Of a DNA stretch of 64,000 nt, positions 54,035 through 63,160 are shown piece by piece. The position numbers were made by a program, and so were the translations under genes. The stretch is from positions 3,520,001 through 3,584,000 of the forward strand of contig OZ244653.1 of NCBI GenBank assembly GCA_965218795.1, written 5' to 3'. Below the pieces are notes generated by a model, which had not been told where the DNA came from, made no database searches, and saw nothing but the letters and a program-made list of their open reading frames with translations. Within the stretch, counting starts at the first letter, position 1. The number at the start of each line of letters is the position of its first letter. Source of the stretch: a bacterium (GTDB lineage: Bacteria; UBA8248; JACPRG01; G963555815).

Positions 54035-54235
54035 GTGAAAATCACAATCACGGAAACCACCATCGAGGTAGAAGGGGAAAAGGGCTCCCCTATTCGTTGG
54101 CACAATCTCTCAGCTTTTGCAGGATTACCGGAAGCTGAGATGGTGAAACGAGTATCTGGATTTCTTGAAGGGCTGGAGAAGGAGCTCCTTGAGGGCCGTT
54201 TGTCGAAGCTCGAAAATCGCTCTCTTTGCTTGTGA
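54035..54235 (+). CDS. Possible small protein (66 aa) inside the IS
   Basis: AAGGAGG RBS before GTG; overlaps an antisense ORF. Confidence 0.4.
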   Translation: MKITITETTIEVEGEKGSPIRWHNLSAFAGLPEAEMVKRVSGFLEGLEKELLEGRLSKLENRSLCL

Positions 54236-54314
54236 TGTACTCCAGAACCAACACGATTTCGGTCCCATCGCGGCGAACATCGAACCCCTGAAGAAAATTC
54301 GCTTTCCTGTCCAA
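54090..54314 (-). CDS. Possible small protein (74 aa) upstream of transposase
   Basis: AGGGGG RBS before TTG, directly downstream of the TIR promoter. Confidence 0.5.
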   Translation of the reverse strand: MDRKANFLQGFDVRRDGTEIVLVLEYITSKESDFRASTNGPQGAPSPALQEIQILVSPSQLPVILQKLRDCANE

Positions 54315-54330
54315 TATGATTCCCCCTTTC

Positions 54331-54366
54331 TGCTTATAATATAAGCATTTAGAGGGATTCTGTCAA
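54331..54366 (-). promoter_or_regulatory. TIR-embedded inward promoter with palindrome over the -10
   Basis: TTGACA-17nt-TATATT on minus strand; TGCTTATA-A-TATAAGCA at 54331-54347. Confidence 0.65.
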
Positions 54367-54467
54367 GTAATAAATATAATTCCCAAAATTTCATCCCCTG
54401 AAATCTGGTATCCTAAAGGTGCATTCCGATCCGAACGGATGCGTATGACACAGAGGGGGGAACCGCC

Positions 54468-55193
54468 ATGGTCAGGATCGCGGCAAGACCGGAGCCGATC
54501 GAGATCAACCTCGCCCGGACGGCTCTCATCGTCGTAGACATGCAGAATTCCTTCGGAAGCAAGGGCGGCATGCTGGATCTGGCCGGACGGGATATCTCGG
54601 GCGCCCCGCCGGTCATCGCGGTGCACCACCGCCTCCTCGACACGGCCCGAAAGGCCGGCGTCCGGATCATCTATCTCCAAATGACCTACAAGCCGGACCT
54701 CAGCGACGCGGGCGGACCAGACTCTCCCAACTACCACAAGCAGGTGGGGGTTGTCATGATGCGGAAACGCCCGGAACTCCACGGGAAATTCCTGGTGAAG
54801 GGCACGTGGGACTGGAAGATCATAGAGGGGTTGGAGCCCCAGCCCGGGGATTGGGTGGTCGAAAAGCCCCGGTACAGCGGGTTCTGCGGAACCGCGCTGG
54901 ATTCCCTGCTTCGGTCCGAGGATATCCGCTACGTCATCATGACCGGGATCGCGACGAACGTGTGCGTGGAGAGTACGGCCCGGGACGCCTTTTTCGGGGA
55001 GTTCTGGCCCATCCTGGTGGAGGATGCCGTGAACCACACCGGACCCGATTTTTGCCGCGAGGCAACACTGTGGAACATGCAGAGATACTTCGGCTGGGTC
55101 ACGAACTCGGACACGTTGATGGAGATCTTCGACGCCGCCACGAAGCGCGCGGTCATGGAAGATCCTGCAGAGGAAGGCGCAGCCGCCGGCTGA
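54468..55193 (+). CDS. Isochorismatase-family cysteine hydrolase, RutB-like, copy 1
   Basis: IAARPE, VVDMQN, SPNYHK, KPRYSGF, GIATNVCVEST. Confidence 0.88.
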   Translation: MVRIAARPEPIEINLARTALIVVDMQNSFGSKGGMLDLAGRDISGAPPVIAVHHRLLDTARKAGVRIIYLQMTYKPDLSDAGGPDSPNYHKQVGVVMMRKRPELHGKFLVKGTWDWKIIEGLEPQPGDWVVEKPRYSGFCGTALDSLLRSEDIRYVIMTGIATNVCVESTARDAFFGEFWPILVEDAVNHTGPDFCREATLWNMQRYFGWVTNSDTLMEIFDAATKRAVMEDPAEEGAAAG

Positions 55194-55211
55194 TCGAGAG
55201 GGAGAAACGAA

Positions 55212-55925
55212 ATGGTCAAGATTGCGGCAAGACCGGAGGCGGTTGAAATCGATCTGGAACGGACGGCCGTCATCGTCGTCGACATGCAGAACGCCTTCGC
55301 CACGAAGGGCGGAGCGATCGACCTGGCAGGGGACGACATCTCGGGCGCAGAGCCGGTTATCGAGGTGCACCACCGCCTGCTCGACTCCGCTCGAAAGGCC
55401 GGCGTCCGGGTCATCTACCTCCAAATGACCTACCAGCCGGATCTTCACGACACGGGCGGTCCGAACTCACCCAACTACTACAAGGAGGTGGGACCCACCC
55501 TGATGCGGAAACGCCCGGAGCTCGAGGGAAAGATCCTCGTGGACGGGACCTGGGACTGGCAGATCGTCGACGGACTGGAGCCGCAGCCCGGAGACCTCGT
55601 CGTACCGAAAACCCGGTACAGCGGGTTCTCCGGTACGAACCTGGAATCCCTGCTCCGGACCGAGGACGTTCGGCACCTCCTCTTCACCGGGATCGCGACC
55701 AACGTATGCGTGGAGAGCACGGCCCGGGACGCCTTTTTCGGAGAATTCTGGCCCATCCTCGTAGAGGATGCCATGAACCACACCGGACCCGACTTTTGCC
55801 GGGAGGCAACGCTCTGGAACTTCGAGCACGTGTTCGGGTGGGTCACCCGAACCGGGAGCTTGATTGAAATCTTCGATGCGGCCGCCCGGCGGGGAGCGAT
55901 GGAAAAGGCCGGGCAGAAGGGGTGA
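55212..55925 (+). CDS. Isochorismatase-family cysteine hydrolase, RutB-like, copy 2
   Basis: Same motifs (KTRYSGF); colinear paralog of copy 1. Confidence 0.88.
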   Translation: MVKIAARPEAVEIDLERTAVIVVDMQNAFATKGGAIDLAGDDISGAEPVIEVHHRLLDSARKAGVRVIYLQMTYQPDLHDTGGPNSPNYYKEVGPTLMRKRPELEGKILVDGTWDWQIVDGLEPQPGDLVVPKTRYSGFSGTNLESLLRTEDVRHLLFTGIATNVCVESTARDAFFGEFWPILVEDAMNHTGPDFCREATLWNFEHVFGWVTRTGSLIEIFDAAARRGAMEKAGQKG

Positions 55926-56019
55926 GAGGGGACGGGGGGCCCTGTCCCATTTCCACCCGGCGGAACTTGAAGGTTCGCCTCCCTTGACGTGATCCCACAT
56001 CGACAAGAAAGCTCCTGCC

Positions 56020-57225
56020 ATGTTGATCGATCGGGAACGCGCTTCCGATGAGATGGAGCGCGCGGGCCTGGACGCCTTGATCGCTACAACCCCGGAACAC
56101 ATTCTGTACGCCTCCGGCTTCGAAAGCCTGGGACAGACCCTCATCCCCGGAGTTCAGGTGTTCGCCGTGGTGCCTGGGGATGTTGATTCGCCCGTGGCGG
56201 TGGCCGCGCCCATCGGGGAGCTGGACCGGGCCGCGGAGTCGGCCGAAATCGATCAGGTGAAATTTCACCCCTACGGAGTGTTTTTCTACACGGCGGGAGA
56301 TGGCGCACGGCTCGACGATGCGGAATCGCGGCTGAAGTCCCTGGCCCTGGAGACCCCGCGCGCCGGATCCGCCGGCGAAGCGCTCCGGCAGGCGTTGGCG
56401 GCCGCAGGCGTTCCATTGGGGGGCGTGCTGGGGGTCGATGAAAAGGGCCTGGATGCCCCGGGGTTCGCCCAACTGTCCCAGACTCTTTCCGAGTCTCAGA
56501 TCGAGCCGGGATTCGACACCCTCCGTCGCATTCGCCGGCTGAAGGCCCCCGAGGAGATCCGGCGGCTTCGCCGCGCGGTTGAAATCACCGAAGATGGAAT
56601 CCAGGCTGCCCTGAGAGAAGCCCGGAATGGGATCACCGAACGGGAGTTGGCCGAGGTCTATGAGTGCGAGGTGGTCCGGCAGGGCGCCCGCCCCTCGTTG
56701 ACGGTCATCGGGGTCGGATCCCATTCCGCCTTTCCCAACGGACGTCCTTCTGACCGCGCGCTCCGCACCGGCGACCTCATCCGGTTCGATGTGGGCTGCC
56801 TTTACATGGGCTACCACGCCGACATCGCCCGTACCGCGGTTCTGGGCGATCCGTCCGTCCGTCAGGCGGAGGTTTACGCCGCCTTGCTGGCCGGCCATCT
56901 GGCGGGCTTGGAGCGGATCCGGGCGGGGACCCGGGCGCGCGAAGTCTTCCGGGCCGTCGTGTCCGCTGTCCGGAAGAACGGTCTGCCCGATTACGCCCGC
57001 CACCACGTCGGCCATTGCATCGGCCTGGAACTGTACGAGCCGCCCATTCTGAACGAACAGGAGGGGAGGCCCCTGGAGGCCGGGATGGTGCTGGACGTCG
57101 AGCCGCCGTATTACGAGATCGGGCTGGGCGGGTTTCAGGTGGAGGACACGGTGTGCGTCACGGAGGACGGCTTCGAATGCTTCAACCGGATGCCCAAGGG
57201 CCTGCTCGCCGTCCGATCTTCCTGA
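56020..57225 (+). CDS. M24 Xaa-Pro peptidase family protein
   Basis: FDVG..YHADIART, GHCIG, VEPP, VEDT canonical ligands. Confidence 0.9.
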   Translation: MLIDRERASDEMERAGLDALIATTPEHILYASGFESLGQTLIPGVQVFAVVPGDVDSPVAVAAPIGELDRAAESAEIDQVKFHPYGVFFYTAGDGARLDDAESRLKSLALETPRAGSAGEALRQALAAAGVPLGGVLGVDEKGLDAPGFAQLSQTLSESQIEPGFDTLRRIRRLKAPEEIRRLRRAVEITEDGIQAALREARNGITERELAEVYECEVVRQGARPSLTVIGVGSHSAFPNGRPSDRALRTGDLIRFDVGCLYMGYHADIARTAVLGDPSVRQAEVYAALLAGHLAGLERIRAGTRAREVFRAVVSAVRKNGLPDYARHHVGHCIGLELYEPPILNEQEGRPLEAGMVLDVEPPYYEIGLGGFQVEDTVCVTEDGFECFNRMPKGLLAVRSS

Positions 57226-57232
57226 GAATTCT

Positions 57233-57721
57233 TCAGAAAATCCCGTTGGCTTGTTGAACCTCCCGGATGAACCGTGTGATGGCGGCGATCTCGTCGTCTG
57301 TCACATGGGGTTGGGAGGGCATGTTTCCGAATGTCCAATGATGTCCGATCACACCGAACCGCACGGCCCGAAAGAAAGAGAGATCGGCATGGTGGCCGGG
57401 ATGGTAGAGCCGGTGGATGAGCGGGGGTCCCAGATCCGTCCCGGATGCGTCCTTGCCGTGGCATCGGCCGCAATTCGTGATAAACGCGAATCGGCCCTTT
57501 TGCGCGCCCGCCGAGAATACGGGGATGATCACCCGGGCGGATTGGCGCTTCGGCAGGGTCTGAAAGAAACGCCACCCCACGGACGCCAGTACGCCGATCA
57601 GGAAGACAGCGGAGAGCCAGAGTCTGGATTTTTTCCCAAATTTGAACAAGTTCCGCAGGCTCCTTGGGATTCGCGGCGGGAGGACCGAGAGAACGAAAAA
57701 CAGGTTCCGCGAGCCCCGCAA
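57233..57721 (-). CDS. Membrane-anchored monoheme cytochrome c; start uncertain
   Basis: TM segment, CGRCH, GPPL, HHWTFGNMP. Confidence 0.82.
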   Translation of the reverse strand: MRGSRNLFFVLSVLPPRIPRSLRNLFKFGKKSRLWLSAVFLIGVLASVGWRFFQTLPKRQSARVIIPVFSAGAQKGRFAFITNCGRCHGKDASGTDLGPPLIHRLYHPGHHADLSFFRAVRFGVIGHHWTFGNMPSQPHVTDDEIAAITRFIREVQQANGIF

Positions 57722-57724
57722 CCG

Positions 57725-58744
57725 CTATTTCTTCCCAGGCCGCCGGAAGACGGGCATCACCTGCTTCGCGAACTGTTCCATCTGATTGCGGAACGCCTTC
57801 ACGGAATTCACCCCGAACATGATGCCGGCCAGGTGGGTCACGCCCGCCTCCTGATAGCTTCCAATCCGGTCCACCACCTGCGCGGGCGAGCCGATCAGGT
57901 TGTTCGCCCCGATGTCGGCCAGGGTCTGATCCTTCAGGGTGGATTTCGCGAGAGACTGGAGGTGGTGATAGAGCTGGGAAGCCTGAAAGGTCCGCCGCGC
58001 CCGGGATTCCGTTTTGGCGAGGGTGACGCCCAACTGCGGCGCGATGTCGATACCCCGAAGGCTTCGGCCCGCCCTCTTCGCCGCCGCGCGCATCCGTTTC
58101 ACCCGCTGCGCGATTTCCTCGGGCGTCAGGATGGCCGGAAACCAGCCGTCGGCGTAGCGCCCGGCCCGATCGACCCCTTCCCCGGAATTGCCGCCGATGT
58201 AAATGGGCATATTTTTTTGGACGGGTTTGGGGTACATCTCGACGTTGCGGAACCGCACGTACTTGCCTTGAAACGTGGCCTTTCGTTTTCGAAGGAGCTC
58301 CCGCAGCGCGGCAATCCGTTCGTCCATCAATTGGCCTCGGTGCGGCGCCCGGCCCGGGTTGGCCGCGAGATATTCTTCCCGATAGGCCCCGAGCCCTACT
58401 CCCAGAATGACCCGCCCGCCGGAGCACACGTCCAGCGTAGCGGCGGTCTTGGCGAGAATGATGGGTTCGCGAACGGGCAGGACGGCTACGCCGGTGGCCA
58501 GCTTGAGCGTCTTCGTCTCCGCGGCGATAAAAGAGAGCAGCACAAAGGGTTCATAAAAACGGGGCGGCTTGGGCCACATGCGGGCCACATAATGCTGAGT
58601 GGTGATGTGGTCGTTTGGCCAGACGGCTTCGTACCCCATGTCTTCGGCTTCCCGGGATATCTGAATGATCTGCCCGGGGCTGGCGAAAGGATAGGGGTAG
58701 ATCAAACCTTCCATGCAGCTGGGAATGGCGATGCTGAATCGCAT
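57725..58744 (-). CDS. Luciferase-like (LLM) flavin/F420-dependent oxidoreductase
   Basis: VWPNDH, ATLDVCSGGRVILGVG, PKPVQ, IYIGG, ADGW. Confidence 0.9.
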   Translation of the reverse strand: MRFSIAIPSCMEGLIYPYPFASPGQIIQISREAEDMGYEAVWPNDHITTQHYVARMWPKPPRFYEPFVLLSFIAAETKTLKLATGVAVLPVREPIILAKTAATLDVCSGGRVILGVGLGAYREEYLAANPGRAPHRGQLMDERIAALRELLRKRKATFQGKYVRFRNVEMYPKPVQKNMPIYIGGNSGEGVDRAGRYADGWFPAILTPEEIAQRVKRMRAAAKRAGRSLRGIDIAPQLGVTLAKTESRARRTFQASQLYHHLQSLAKSTLKDQTLADIGANNLIGSPAQVVDRIGSYQEAGVTHLAGIMFGVNSVKAFRNQMEQFAKQVMPVFRRPGKK

Positions 58745-59173
58745 GAACGGCTCTCCGCACCTTACTTCGAGGAAAGGGTCGAGACAGGACGGTTGAATCC
58801 GATGATTTTATCAGGAGGCTCGAATGAGGGCCAGGGGACGAAAACGCCTGCGATTGTATCAATCTTCTATTGGCATTCTAGCTCAGCCGCAATCGCGCCA
58901 TAAGTTACAAAGGATTCACCGGCCTTCAAACTCTTCAAAATCATCGCCATCGCGTATTGCGGGCCGTCTTCCATAAGCTGTTCAATAGTATAATCCCCCA
59001 TCTAATTGGCCTCCCCTTCCGGATTTCAGTAAATCGATAGTCGATGATACAGGCGTTTGAAAGCTTCCATCACCACTTTGTGGTTCCAACCGCCGACTTT
59101 CCCGCAGGCTTGGCGGCGATGCCAATTCGCATGACCACGCCTGTCGATTCCCTCGGCCAAGATGTTCGCCCTG

Positions 59174-60799
59174 TCACCGTCCCTGTTTCGGCTTTTGTGA
59201 CCGATGCTCAATTTCATCCATCGTGGCGGTAGATACCTCCTTCACTGTGCGATCCACTTCCGTTTCCGTGTCGTGGTCATCAAGCTCCGAATAAAGGGCG
59301 CTGCTGCCTCCTATGTGCGGAAGCCGCTTCCCGTCGATCGCTGCCTCTACCGAGAAGCCTTTGCCGTCAAGTTTCCACACAATGGAAAGGGTTAAATCGA
59401 AGTCTTTGATTCCACTCCCGATGTAGCTGTGGAGTAGAAACTCCTGTCCAAATTCTACTGGCCGCTTGTCGTCGAGATTGAATCCCGGCTTGACGATTCG
59501 CTCTTGTTTTACCGGTTCCCAGTTCCTGGGTTCAAATAGGCGAGACATGCGAATTACGCTTTGGCCGATCTTCAAATGTGTCGTCACGCTGTAGGTATGA
59601 AATAGCCGGGACAAGTGTCCCAGCCCATTCTCCAGCTTGTCCAGTGTCGGCCGGACGTGCGTAAGCACAATTTTGTCAATCACTTCAATATCGGAATCAT
59701 CGGGTGTCCGTCCTCGTTTGCCGCGAACGAAGACGGCTATCTCCTTGTCAACATCCTGGGGTTCCTGAATCGACTCGCCTTTAGCGGCGCGGATCCCAAG
59801 TTGAAGCGACCACAAGACGTTGTTCAACATGAATTCCGCAAGCGGCAGTATGCGGCCCAGATCGGCGTTCTGTAGAGAGCCGATATAGTAGTCCCGGTCT
59901 TCGCTCTTGATCACAATGGGAGGCAAGTTGCTTCGAAGCAGGATGTAATTCGCGAGAAGCCGCGCGGTGCGCCCGTTCCCGTCGTCGAATGGATGGATAC
60001 GCAGGAAACTCCAGTGAGATTCGGCCAGGAACAACGGCAGAGGATAAGCGCTCCGCTCCAGGTCGCGGCGGAAATCACGGGTCCATTTCTCCATCAACGC
60101 GGGTGTTTCCTCGGGTTCGGCGAATCGATGAAGCTCACCCGTTGCCGTTCGAACATGATTCGGCTGTGTCTTGTATTTGCCCGGAACAATACGCTTCCGC
60201 GTCGGCTGGCCGTCCGGCGTCTCCGCACTTTGCCAGAACGGCTCTTTGAGGAGAATCTTGTTGAAGTTTCTTATATCTCCCTCCCCGAGAATCTGCTCGG
60301 AACTTGCGAGTTGCCGGGTATGGTCGATCGCGACATTGTGCGCCTTCATCTCCTCGTAATCTCGCAACGGGTGCCCGCCGGCGGTGCGACCGTGAATGAT
60401 CAGCAACTCGGTCTCGTGGTAAGTCAGCGTGTTTCCCTCGATGTGGTTGCTGTTATAGTTCCATTCGACCCTGAGTTTTTTCCACAGTCGCTCTTCGTCA
60501 ACGTGCTTCATGTCTTGACGCCGTTCGTGCCATTCCGAAATCCCCGCCTCCAGATCGACAAGGCGTTCGAAGAAATGAGCGTGCTCAATGGTGAGGTTTG
60601 GGATGTCGATACCTGACGAATGGGATTCGTCGATCCATCGGGCCATTCGCGTTCTTGCCTCGGCGTCGGCCGAGAGCACTGGGAGCCCATCCGTGTCAAG
60701 CACGTACCGTCCAAGCTTCGGGTGCTCGACGATAACATGCTCCGCAGACTCGACTATCTCTGCTGCATCCCCGGTGACAGGACAGTTACGCCTCATCAC
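59174..60799 (-). CDS. Fic family protein with N- and C-terminal extensions
   Basis: SNHIEGN, HPFDDGNGRTAR. Confidence 0.88.
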   Translation of the reverse strand: MMRRNCPVTGDAAEIVESAEHVIVEHPKLGRYVLDTDGLPVLSADAEARTRMARWIDESHSSGIDIPNLTIEHAHFFERLVDLEAGISEWHERRQDMKHVDEERLWKKLRVEWNYNSNHIEGNTLTYHETELLIIHGRTAGGHPLRDYEEMKAHNVAIDHTRQLASSEQILGEGDIRNFNKILLKEPFWQSAETPDGQPTRKRIVPGKYKTQPNHVRTATGELHRFAEPEETPALMEKWTRDFRRDLERSAYPLPLFLAESHWSFLRIHPFDDGNGRTARLLANYILLRSNLPPIVIKSEDRDYYIGSLQNADLGRILPLAEFMLNNVLWSLQLGIRAAKGESIQEPQDVDKEIAVFVRGKRGRTPDDSDIEVIDKIVLTHVRPTLDKLENGLGHLSRLFHTYSVTTHLKIGQSVIRMSRLFEPRNWEPVKQERIVKPGFNLDDKRPVEFGQEFLLHSYIGSGIKDFDLTLSIVWKLDGKGFSVEAAIDGKRLPHIGGSSALYSELDDHDTETEVDRTVKEVSTATMDEIEHRSQKPKQGR

Positions 60800-60949
60800 A
60801 TTGACCCCTTACGCTGAAATGGACCGGCAATAGAACACCTCGCTCACAGAATCCATCCCCTTCAAGTACCGCGCAAACTCGCCTCCACCACTTCGACGAC
60901 CTTGGTTTCAAGGTGCAGAACATCTCGGCGCGGCCTGAGCGGTGCCTAA

Positions 60950-61458
60950 TCAGTCGGGAAAATCCAGAGCCAGATCACTCCCGAATCGGAGACCGGCAAC
61001 ATCGCACGCTGTCTTGAGACGCTGCTCGCACTGTTGCCGAGAAAGGTTGGTGTCAACCCACCACTGATCTGTTAGCCGCGAGGCGAATTGCTTGGATAGC
61101 TCAGGTGTTCTGAAGTATAGGTCTCTCGGCTTCTGAGCGACGATTCTACGCGATTTCGTTGTTTTCCCGGAGAGCCGCTCGAGAAACTGTGGATCGAGTT
61201 CCGTGAGCTTCAACAGACAACTCGTATAGGCTTCCTTTCTCGAATCTCTCCTCGAGTAAGGTGATCACATATGTTCCAGTGCGGCGTTGCCTGCGATCAG
61301 GAGGTAATGGCCCCCCCGGTCCCGTCCGTAGCCTTTGGTAGGCTAAACACTTCTCGAAGGATGGCATTTTCACTCTGATTGAAGGTTGTTCGTCGAGCTT
61401 CAATGGCGCAGTGTACGTCAATGTCTATCTCGATAGTTTTTGTCTGTAGCGCAGTCAT
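60950..61458 (-). pseudogene. SeqA-like DNA-binding protein, two frameshifts
   Basis: AGGAG RBS; KTIEIDIDVH..SENAILR N-part, G7 run at 61311-61317, C-part LDPQFL..RRIVA..WWVDTNLS. Confidence 0.6.
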
Positions 61459-61488
61459 CGTTTTTCTCCTTAAATCGGTGATTGTACC

Positions 61489-61519
61489 GTATCCCTTATA
61501 AGCTACTGATAAGGGATAC
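61489..61519. promoter_or_regulatory. Operator-like inverted repeat upstream of SeqA-like gene
   Basis: GTATCCCTTAT-9nt-ATAAGGGATAC, next to minus-strand TTGACA (61526-61531). Confidence 0.55.
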
Positions 61520-61978
61520 CTCAGATGTCAAGGCCAAACAGCAAAAACTAGAAGGCCAATGAAAATTCCCCGGCCGAAACCGGGCGACCGCTTGTTCAAG
61601 CCCGGCGGTTATGGGGCGCTTGCAGCTCGCACTCTTTCATCTCTGGAAGGATGTCGGACTCGTTGCGATCGGACACAAACGTGCTGGTGATGTGCCGGTC
61701 GAATGGTTCGCCGAGCGCAGCCGGAATGATGGTCTCGTATTGCCCATTTTGTTTTCCTGCCGGCAATATATCGAATGACGACTCAAGGATATGATTCCGG
61801 CAAACAGCGGCAGGCAAGCTGAATTCCGAAATCAAAATCCGCTCAGCGCTTGTGTGCGTCAACCAATGTCGCTAAGATTTCCCGATGCAAGTCGTGCAAG
61901 AGAATGCCGCCTCGGGGGTGCGCAGAAGCCCGCATCATGGGTGGGACCGCGTCAGAAATTTCAGAGGAGGCTGTTGGA

Positions 61979-63103
61979 ATGGGAAGCGCCGCCACCGGCC
62001 CGCATGAGCCCGGCGACACGTTGGTACGCTTTGCCGAAGTACAGAAGAGCTATGACGGCATTGCGCTCGTTATCAAGAATCTCAACCTCGCCATCGCCAA
62101 CGGCGAATTTCTGACCATGCTCGGGCCGTCGGGTTCGGGCAAGACGACTTGCCTCATGATGCTCGCCGGTTTCGAAACGGTGACGCACGGACAGATCTAC
62201 CTGGACGAAGTACCCATCACCAACGTGCCACCGCACAAACGCGACATCGGCATGGTGTTTCAGAACTATGCCCTCTTTCCGCACATGACGGTTGCTGAAA
62301 ACCTGACCTTTCCCCTCAAAGTCCGCAAGCGGGGCCGGATCGAAATCGGAGAGCGTGTGCGGCGCGCTCTCGATATGGTGCAGCTCTCGGGGTTCAGCGG
62401 TCGTCGGCCGGCGCAACTCTCGGGCGGCCAACAGCAGCGTGTCGCCGTGGCCCGGGCCTTAATCTTCGGTCCCAAGCTGGTGTTGATGGACGAGCCGCTG
62501 GGCGCGCTCGACAAGCAGCTGCGCGAGCAGATGCAATACGAGATCAAGCACATCCACGAGCGTCTCGGCATTACCGTCGTCTACGTGACCCACGATCAGT
62601 CGGAAGCCCTGATGATGTCGAACCGCATTGCCGTCTTCAATGACGGTGTCATCCAGCAATTGGCAACGCCCTCCGATCTTTACGAGCGCCCGGAGAATTC
62701 CTTCGTGGCGCAGTTCATCGGAGAGAACAACAAGTTGACCGGCACCGTCGTCGAAGAGATCAACGGCGCCTGCACCGTCACACTTGACACGGGCGAGCAA
62801 GTCAAGGCCATGCCCGTCAATACCGCCGGACCGAACAGCCCGACGATGCTCTCGCTGCGCCCCGAACGAGTTGCGCTGAACCCGCGCGAGGGCGAATGCG
62901 ACAGCACGGTTTCGGGTCGGGTGGAGGAGTTGCTCTACCTCGGTGATCACATCCGCACGCGACTGTCGGTTTGTGGTCGGGATAATTTCATCGTCAAGGT
63001 TCCGAACGCCATGCTCCAATCCGGATTGGAGCCGGGCCAACAGGTTCCGCTAGGCTGGCGAATGGAGGATTGCCGTGCCCTCGACATGCCGGAGACGGTA
63101 TGA
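61979..63103 (+). CDS. Polyamine-type ABC transporter ATP-binding protein (PotA-like)
   Basis: GPSGSGKT, VFQNYALFPHM, LSGGQQQR, DEPLGALD; GAGGAGG RBS. Confidence 0.92.
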   Translation: MGSAATGPHEPGDTLVRFAEVQKSYDGIALVIKNLNLAIANGEFLTMLGPSGSGKTTCLMMLAGFETVTHGQIYLDEVPITNVPPHKRDIGMVFQNYALFPHMTVAENLTFPLKVRKRGRIEIGERVRRALDMVQLSGFSGRRPAQLSGGQQQRVAVARALIFGPKLVLMDEPLGALDKQLREQMQYEIKHIHERLGITVVYVTHDQSEALMMSNRIAVFNDGVIQQLATPSDLYERPENSFVAQFIGENNKLTGTVVEEINGACTVTLDTGEQVKAMPVNTAGPNSPTMLSLRPERVALNPREGECDSTVSGRVEELLYLGDHIRTRLSVCGRDNFIVKVPNAMLQSGLEPGQQVPLGWRMEDCRALDMPETV

Positions 63104-63160
63104 ATCGAGGGCCGGTGGATTTGTCGAGTTGAACCATAACCATTTGCAAAGGAGGAGCCC

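Larger units (their letters stand above)
51313..54384 (-). mobile_element. IS1595-family element with passenger genes (3,072 bp)
   Basis: TIRs GGGAATTACATTCTTAACTTGACA (51313-51336) and TGTCAAGTAATAAATATAATTCCC (54361-54384), 20/24 match; flanks CAAATTTC / AAAATTTC. Confidence 0.88.

Noticed and set aside
58975-59000. Sequence resembling another IS1595 end (TGTTCAATAGTATAATCCCC)
   Set aside because: No partner repeat or transposase; minus strand reads as a coding remnant (GDYTIEQLMEDG)
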